From NCBI GenBank assembly GCA_049860595.1, contig CP187551.1: DNA of 64,000 nucleotides; one strand, given 5' to 3'. The stretch's first letter is position 1. Every line of letters begins with the position of its first letter. Position numbers and translations under genes: made by a program. The DNA comes from Methanocaldococcus sp. 16A (GTDB lineage Archaea; AGJL01; Methanococci; Methanococcales; Methanocaldococcaceae). Under the pieces are notes generated by a model. That model made no database searches and was not told the origin of the DNA. It saw only the letters and a program-made list of their open reading frames with translations. Shown in pieces: positions 53,704 to 64,000 of the stretch.

Positions 53704-53781
53704 GGGCCCGTAGCTCAGCCTGGTCAGAGCGCTCGGCTCATAACCGAGTGGTCAAGGGTTCAAATCCCTTCGGGCCCACCA
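53704..53781 (+). tRNA. tRNA with CAT anticodon, probably tRNA-Ile2 (agmatidine-modified) rather than Met
   Basis: CTCGG-CTCATAA-CCGAG; GGGCCC acceptor stem typical of archaeal Ile tRNAs; no initiator features. Confidence 0.85.
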
Positions 53782-53796
53782 TATAACTAATAATTA

Positions 53797-53871
53797 GCTC
53801 CGGTGGTGTAGTCCGGCCAATCATGCGGGCCTTTCGAGCCCGCGACCCGGGTTCAAATCCCGGCCGGAGCA
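53797..53871 (+). tRNA. tRNA-Glu(TTC), CCA not encoded
   Basis: CGGGC-CTTTCGA-GCCCG. Confidence 0.96.
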
Positions 53872-53910
53872 TCATTTGCTCTATTTTGGGGTTAATTAAG
53901 TTTTATACGT

Positions 53911-53998
53911 GCAGGGGTCGCCAAGCCTGGCCAAAGGCGCTGGGCCTAGGACCCAGTCCCGTAGGGGTTCCAGGGTTCAAATCCCTGCCCCTGCACCA
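53911..53998 (+). tRNA. tRNA-Leu(TAG)
   Basis: CTGGG-CCTAGGA-CCCAG; long variable arm; CCA encoded. Confidence 0.95.
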
Positions 53999-54008
53999 TA
54001 GGTAAAGT

Positions 54009-54081
54009 GGCCGGGGTGGGGTAGTGGCCATCCTGGGGGACTGTGGATCCCCTGACCCGGGTTCAATTCCCGGTCCCGGCC
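54009..54081 (+). tRNA. tRNA-His(GTG), with genome-encoded G-1 and C73
   Basis: GGGGA-CTGTGGA-TCCCC; followed by a T-rich terminator. Confidence 0.95.
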
Positions 54082-54191
54082 CTTTTTTTATTTTTTAATC
54101 CTTATTGTTCTAATCCTAAAAACATTACATATAACAACTTCTCACTATAGGATGCACTTGAAGGATGCGTCCCCAATCCGAAGGGGTTGGG

Positions 54192-54237
54192 GCTGAGGCA
54201 AGCCCACGACTGGTGGTGAAACCCCGCAGCAACCAGC
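54192..54237 (+). other. 5' strand of the 16S processing stem (bulge-helix-bulge)
   Basis: TGAGGCAAGCCCACGACTGG...CCCCGCAGCAACCAGC is complementary to 55773-55815, with two 3-nt bulges flanking a 4-bp helix. Confidence 0.85.
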
Positions 54238-54280
54238 CGCAAGAAAGGTTTATCCTTTCTTGCGACCGTACTCCTACTTA

Positions 54281-55761
<1,481 letters not shown>

Positions 55762-55825
55762 GAGAAAAAAGTGCTGGTTGCTGCGGGGCACCAAACCAGT
55801 CGTGGGCTTGCCTCATAGGGAAAGT

Positions 55826-55898
55826 GGGCCCGTAGCTCAGCTGGGAGAGCGCCGGCCTTGCAAGCCGGAGGCCGTGGGTTCAAATCCCACCGGGTCCA
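55826..55898 (+). tRNA. tRNA-Ala(TGC) in the 16S-23S spacer
   Basis: CCGGC-CTTGCAA-GCCGG; G3-U70 pair. Confidence 0.97.
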
Positions 55899-55954
55899 CT
55901 ATATATGCAGCCTGCAACTCTAAAGAGTTGCAGGTGAAGGGCCTGAAAAACATG

Positions 55955-55997
55955 AGGGCCATGCATAGGCTTCCACATCCCGGTGAAATCTGGATAC
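55955..55997 (+). other. 5' strand of the 23S processing stem
   Basis: AGGGCCATGCATAGGCTTCCACATCC...TCTGGATAC is complementary to about 59002-59044. Confidence 0.85.
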
Positions 55998-59002
<3,005 letters not shown>

Positions 59003-59065
59003 TGTCCAGACACTAAGCGGATGTGGAAGCCTATGCATGGCCCTAAAAAGGCACCATTTATTTCT

Positions 59066-59183
59066 TGGTACGGCGGTCATAGCGGGGGGCCACACCCGAA
59101 CCCATCCCGAACTCGGAAGTTAAGCCCCCCAGCGATGCCCCGAGTACTGCCATCTGGCGGGAAAGGGGCGACGCCGCCGGCCA
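59066..59183 (+). rRNA. rrf: 5S rRNA
   Basis: CGGCGGTCATAGC...CCCATCCCGAACTCGGAAGTTAAG...GCCGCCG; T-run after. Confidence 0.96.
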
Positions 59184-59242
59184 CTTTTTATTATTTTAGA
59201 AGACAATATTTATACATTCAAATTTTAAGTTAAGAAAGTTAA

Positions 59243-59508
59243 GTGGGTAAGGGGGCTGGTGACTTTCCCCTCTTTAAGAGGGGAGGAAGTTCCGCCCACC
59301 CCATTTATGGGCAGCGTCCCCTGAGAAGGGGCGGGAGATGCAGCAGAAACGACACGGCTCCGGAAGAGATGACGATGATAGTAAAAGTTGAGGACTTCCG
59401 GAGAACCGGTGAAACGGGCATCTCCCCTGCCCGGGGTGCAAGCCGGTTTCGGCGCTTAGCCGAATGTCACCGAAATTACAGAAGGCGGGCTATAGCCCCC
59501 ATACCCAC
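59243..59508 (+). ncRNA. rnpB: RNase P RNA (type M)
   Basis: P1 GTGGGTA.GGGGGCT/AGCCCCC.TACCCAC; P4 GAGGAAGTTCCGCC and ACAGAAGGCGGGCTA; TATA TTTATACA at 59209-59216. Confidence 0.95.
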
Positions 59509-59612
59509 TCTATTTTTTATTTTTTAATTGTCAATCAATAAACTTAAATTAATAAATGTAAATTATTTTATTCAAATTAGGTTTTTATATATCAAAAAGT
59601 AAAATTAAATTT

Positions 59613-59707
59613 AATAGAACTTTCGCAATTTATATATTAAATTTGGAACTTTGACATCTTTAGGTGTCTATATTCAATAAGAAATTTATTCCTGCAAAAG
59701 TCCTATT
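59613..59707 (+). repeat. Palindromic MITE-like repeat, longest copy (95 bp)
   Basis: AATAGAACTTTCGCA ... TGCAAAAGTCCTATT terminal IRs; internal hairpin GACATC-TTTA-GGTGTC. Confidence 0.8.
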
Positions 59708-59737
59708 TAAAAAAGAAATTAAAGATTGGGAGAAATT

Positions 59738-60705
59738 ATGGAAACTATTTTAAGTGGTAAGATTGTTCAAATACTTGTGGGATATTTAAAAGAAAATATC
59801 TATTCAGAACAAATGATGAAACTTAGGATGAAGAGAATTTGTAGCTATGAAGAGTTTTTACCAACATATTCTTTAGTAGAAAGAATTACTGAAGAGAACA
59901 AAGAGATAGCAATAAAAGTATATGAAAAAAACATTATCGTAGAGATTGTTAAAGATTTTAAAAAGAAAGGTTTAATAGAATTGTTTGAGCTTAAAGAAGA
60001 ACTATTTGATGAAGCTTTAAGCTATTTAAAAAAATATAATGCAGATAAATTTTTAGAAAGCTATACTTTATATTGCTTTAGTGAGTATTCAGACCCTGAT
60101 TCCTTTATAAAAGAAAACAAAAGTATATTAACAAAACTTCTTAGAAATCAGTATGAAGATGTTCCAGAAGAATATATAAACGAACTATTAAAAAGCAAAA
60201 TAAAGTATTCTACAAAAGATTTAATAATTTTGGACTGGGATAATGGAATAATTTTAGATAAAAATGAAGATTTCTGGGAGGAAGTTGATATTATTGAGCT
60301 TGCATGTATTAGAGTTTTAAACTTAAGAATCTTTGATAACATGCTAAGTGAAGCAATCCAATATTTCACAAGATTACAGTGGGAAAAACTTGGATATTTT
60401 AGATTAAAAAAATTGTCTAAGGATTTATACTTGCAGAGAATTAGCTATATATCATATTTTGATAGCATTGAAAATGTTCTTATGTTGTATGGAGATAGAT
60501 ACTATGCCGAGTTGTATGAAAGGTTATGTAAAATATTCTATGTCTCAGAGTGGATTAAAAGAGTAGAAAAAAAATGGAAATGATTAGCGACATATATACA
60601 ATGACAAGACAGCATTTAACAGAGTTTTATGGACTATTCTTAGAAGGAACAATAGTTGCCTTAATACTGTTAGAGATAATTTTAGCTTTAGCAAAAATAG
60701 TTTAA
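59738..60705 (+). pseudogene. Uncharacterized protein (RMD1/DUF155-like C-terminus with TM tail) interrupted by a frameshift
   Basis: ORF stops at 60583, but the -1 frame continues MEMISDIYTMTRQHLTEFYGLFLEGTIVALILLEIILALAKIV* after the A8 run at 60567-60574. Confidence 0.7.
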
Positions 60706-60734
60706 TAGAAATTTATTCCTGCAAAAGTCCTATT
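60704..60734 (+). repeat. Short MITE-like repeat (right end)
   Basis: AATAGAAATTTATTCCTGCAAAAGTCCTATT is nearly identical to 59677-59707. Confidence 0.75.
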
Positions 60735-61738
60735 TAAATAATTCCTGTCTCTTCAGCCAATTTTTTTGCCTCTTCTCTACTTAATCCATCTCTTAATATA
60801 GTCCATCTATTTCTTATTTTATGAGCTATAGTTAATGCCTCAATAACAATATCTTCATCAAATCCAAGTTCTTTAGCTGTTATAGGAGATTTAACTTTTT
60901 TTAGAGATTTTTTAATCTTTTCATGCATTCCAGATAATTTTTTATTCTCTTTCTCATGCAAGTAACTCATCATTATTGTTCCTATTCCGCATTGCTCTCC
61001 ATGTAAAGAATTAACATCTAAATCATATTCCTCTTTTAACTTATCCAAAGCATGTGAAAAGAGATGCTCACTTCCAGAAGCTGGACGAGAAGAGTTAGCT
61101 ATAGCAATAGCAATTCCACTCCCAACTAATGCTTTTACAAGTTTGTTGTGATACTCTGATAGGTCAGAGTTTAGAACATAGTTTATTAATTCCTTAGCTA
61201 TTGTTTTTGAAAATATGGCAGAACTCTCACTATATTTCTCCCCTTTTTCTTTATAAGCTAATTTCCAATCTAAAACTGCAGTAATATTTGAAACAATATC
61301 TCCCATTCCAGCACTCAATAATCTTTTTGGAGATTTTTTTATTATCTCAGTATCGGCAATAATAGCTATTGGAGCATCAGCCATAAATGAAGGCTGTTTT
61401 ATAGATACAATTGGTGATGCTATACCATCATTTGATGCAGTTGTAGGCACACTAATAAATGGAATTCCTAATTTATAAGCTAAGTATTTACCAGTATCTA
61501 TTGCCCTCCCGCCTCCAACACCAATTATACAATCATATCCAAAATATCTCCGCTCAATTATTTGAGAATTTAAGATTTCATCATAATATTCAATATCATA
61601 AGAAAACTTACAGTACTTTTTTGTATTTTTTCCAGTTACAATTAAAGGATTTTTTAATTTGAGATTTTTTAAAACTTCTTCTAATTTATTAATCGCTCCA
61701 TCTTCTATAATTGTATATCTTGGCGTTATAATTATCAT
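60734..61738 (-). CDS. egsA: sn-glycerol-1-phosphate dehydrogenase
   Basis: [43 protein letters not shown]. Confidence 0.96.
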   Translation of the reverse strand: MIIITPRYTIIEDGAINKLEEVLKNLKLKNPLIVTGKNTKKYCKFSYDIEYYDEILNSQIIERRYFGYDCIIGVGGGRAIDTGKYLAYKLGIPFISVPTTASNDGIASPIVSIKQPSFMADAPIAIIADTEIIKKSPKRLLSAGMGDIVSNITAVLDWKLAYKEKGEKYSESSAIFSKTIAKELINYVLNSDLSEYHNKLVKALVGSGIAIAIANSSRPASGSEHLFSHALDKLKEEYDLDVNSLHGEQCGIGTIMMSYLHEKENKKLSGMHEKIKKSLKKVKSPITAKELGFDEDIVIEALTIAHKIRNRWTILRDGLSREEAKKLAEETGII

Positions 61739-61739
61739 T

Positions 61740-64000
61740 CTACCCCTCTCTAAATAAATAAGCAATACCTTGTCCAAAACTAATTCCTCCATCTCCATTA
61801 GGGACTCTTTGATGATATATAAAATTAAAGCCCTCTCTTTTTGCATTATTCATAATTCTTTCAGTTATTATTCTATTGTACGAAACCCCTCCAGTAATAC
61901 CAATAGTATCTATTCCAAATCTATCAGCCAATTTTTTAGCAATCTCAAATAATCCATTTGCTATATAAATATGAGCAAAGTATGCTATTCTCTCTTTACT
62001 TTCATTATTTAAAAGCATCTCATAGGATTTATAAATAAGTTCTGTAGTATTTAACACATTATTTTTTATCCTTGGCTCTACATCAATATCTCCTTCAAAC
62101 CTATTTGCCACAGGCTCTAATCTTATACTTGGTTCTCCATCATATGTTTTTTCAAAGCAAATTCCTAATAATGATGAAACAGCATCTAAAACTCTTCCTG
62201 TAGATGTAGTTATTGGACAATTAATTTTTTTTTCAATTTGAAATTTTAATAATCTAAGTTCTTTCTCTGAGAAGAAATTGTATCTCTCTATAAAATCAAA
62301 AGCCTCTTCACCAATTGCTTTATATAATATAGAAAGTAGCATCCTCAAAGGATATTTCGTTGCTAAATCTCCTCCTAACTGATACTGCTTTTCTAAATGT
62401 CCTACTCTTTCCATCCTACCATCTTTAAATAACAAAACCTCCCCTCCCCATATATTTCCATCCAATCCATAACCCACTCCATCCAATGCCAAAATAACAG
62501 CATCTCCAAAATAATTATTATCTCCAAATAAGCTATAAGCATGTGCAAAGTGGTGCTGAACTCTAAAAACCTCAATACCAAATTTATCAGCAAACTCTTC
62601 AGCTAATTTTGTTGAATTAAATTGTGGATGTAAGTCACAGACAATAGCATCAATTTTATTTGTATTTGTTAATCTCAAAATGTTATTTATAGCTTCTTTT
62701 AAATAACAGAATGTCTCATATTTTAAAGTATTTCCTATATATTGAGTTAAATAAAACTTATCTTTCTTTACTATACAAGCGGTTGAGTTTAGCTCAGGCC
62801 CAACGCATAGGATGTTTTTGTCATTTTCAATATCAACCTTTATAGGCTCAGGAGAAAATCCCCTCGACCTTCTCAAAAAAACCAATCTATTAGCTATCTT
62901 TTTAACAACGCTATCATCACATCTATTCACAATCCTTCTATTATGCAATAAGAAATAATCTGCAATGCCATTGAGTTTTTTTAATATCTCATCATTATCT
63001 TTAACCATTGGCAATCCTGGCAGATTAGCAGAGGTCATAACATAAGCTATCTCTTTATCAAATAAAAGATAATGCAGCCCACTATATGGAAGCATAACCC
63101 CAATAGTATCTAAATTAGAAACATACTCTGAAAAATATTTATCATAATCCTTCCCTTTCTTTAAAACAACTATTGGCCTTCTTAAGGATAATAACGCTTC
63201 TTTTTCATCTTCATCAACTTCAGCAAATAAATCTATATACTCCCTTTTACTCATCACAGCAAATGGTTGTGTAGGTCTTCCTAATCTATTTCTCAAATTT
63301 AAAATAGGCTCATCTTCACTAACCTTACAACATAGATGAGTTCCTCCAATCCCTTTTATAGCTAAGATTTTTCCTTCTTCTAATAACTTAACAGCTTCTC
63401 TAATTGCATCATCTTTCTCAGCAATAATATCTTTTCCATCAGTTAAAAATACCTTAGGTCCGCAAATTGGACAGCAAGTAGCTTGAGCATGAAATCTCCT
63501 ATCTAATGGATTTTTATATTCTTTTAAACATTCTTCACATAAAGGAAAATCTCTCATAGATGTGTTTTCTCTATCATAAGGAAGTTTTTCAACTATTGTA
63601 AACCTTGGCCCACAGTTTGTGCATGCTATAAAAGGGTATCTATACCTTCTATCCTTTTTATCAAGCATTTCTTTTAAGCAGTCATCACATATTGCTACAT
63701 CAGCCGGGATAGTTCCTTCTTCTTCATCTTTTGTATCTTCACTCCTTATAATGTAGAAGTCATTGAACTCTTCAACTCCTTTAATCTCTTCAATATCTAA
63801 TTTATCAATTCTTGATAATGGCGGTTTCTTATTTTTTAAATCATTAATAAAATCTTCAATATTCTTTTTTTTTCCTTCAATAAGAATTTCCACATAATTT
63901 CCCATGTTTTTTACATAGCCTTTTAAATGATTTTTCTTAGCTATTCTATAAACAAATGGTCTAAAACCTACACCTTGAACTATACCTTTAACTTTAATCT
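61740..64000 (-). CDS. hypF: Hydrogenase maturation carbamoyltransferase HypF (start just outside window)
   Basis: Frame open to window edge ([13 protein letters not shown]); Zn fingers CTNCGPR; KGIGG; QHH.AH; [10 protein letters not shown]. Confidence 0.96.
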   Translation of the reverse strand, partial: IKVKGIVQGVGFRPFVYRIAKKNHLKGYVKNMGNYVEILIEGKKKNIEDFINDLKNKKPPLSRIDKLDIEEIKGVEEFNDFYIIRSEDTKDEEEGTIPADVAICDDCLKEMLDKKDRRYRYPFIACTNCGPRFTIVEKLPYDRENTSMRDFPLCEECLKEYKNPLDRRFHAQATCCPICGPKVFLTDGKDIIAEKDDAIREAVKLLEEGKILAIKGIGGTHLCCKVSEDEPILNLRNRLGRPTQPFAVMSKREYIDLFAEVDEDEKEALLSLRRPIVVLKKGKDYDKYFSEYVSNLDTIGVMLPYSGLHYLLFDKEIAYVMTSANLPGLPMVKDNDEILKKLNGIADYFLLHNRRIVNRCDDSVVKKIANRLVFLRRSRGFSPEPIKVDIENDKNILCVGPELNSTACIVKKDKFYLTQYIGNTLKYETFCYLKEAINNILRLTNTNKIDAIVCDLHPQFNSTKLAEEFADKFGIEVFRVQHHFAHAYSLFGDNNYFGDAVILALDGVGYGLDGNIWGGEVLLFKDGRMERVGHLEKQYQLGGDLATKYPLRMLLSILYKAIGEEAFDFIERYNFFSEKELRLLKFQIEKKINCPITTSTGRVLDAVSSLLGICFEKTYDGEPSIRLEPVANRFEGDIDVEPRIKNNVLNTTELIYKSYEMLLNNESKERIAYFAHIYIANGLFEIAKKLADRFGIDTIGITGGVSYNRIITERIMNNAKREGFNFIYHQRVPNGDGGISFGQGIAYLFREG

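Overview
AT-rich archaeal chromosome segment from a hyperthermophilic Methanococcales member, most likely Methanocaldococcus. Support: GGTGA ribosome-binding sites, GC-rich rRNA/tRNA, a type-M RNase P RNA, and proteins resembling the M. jannaschii MJ0653-MJ0713 region as recalled (not searched). It is mostly housekeeping: translation genes (rpl34e, rpl14e, rps8e, rpl39e, rps19e, rpl40e), nop5/fibrillarin, PriL, PolD DP1, cofactor and lipid biosynthesis, and hydrogenase maturation. It also holds a six-tRNA cluster, a 16S-tRNA-Ala-23S-5S operon and the RNase P RNA. Accessory features: an IS6-family element with a tandemly duplicated right inverted repeat, a family of short palindromic MITE-like repeats, and two homopolymer-frameshifted genes. 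The most striking unexplained signal is a 25-nt GC-rich island at 20201-20225, upstream of rps8e, between a TATA box and a T-run. It consists of two abutting perfect antisense matches (13 + 12 nt) to two distant sites in the 5' domain of the 16S rRNA in this same window, making it a candidate bipartite rRNA guide or chaperone small RNA. Also notable: an apparent ATT start codon, a structured rpl14e leader, and a K-turn upstream of the TRAM gene. No CRISPR array was seen. Start coordinates were moved to the RBS-supported codon where the ORF track began inside the RBS.
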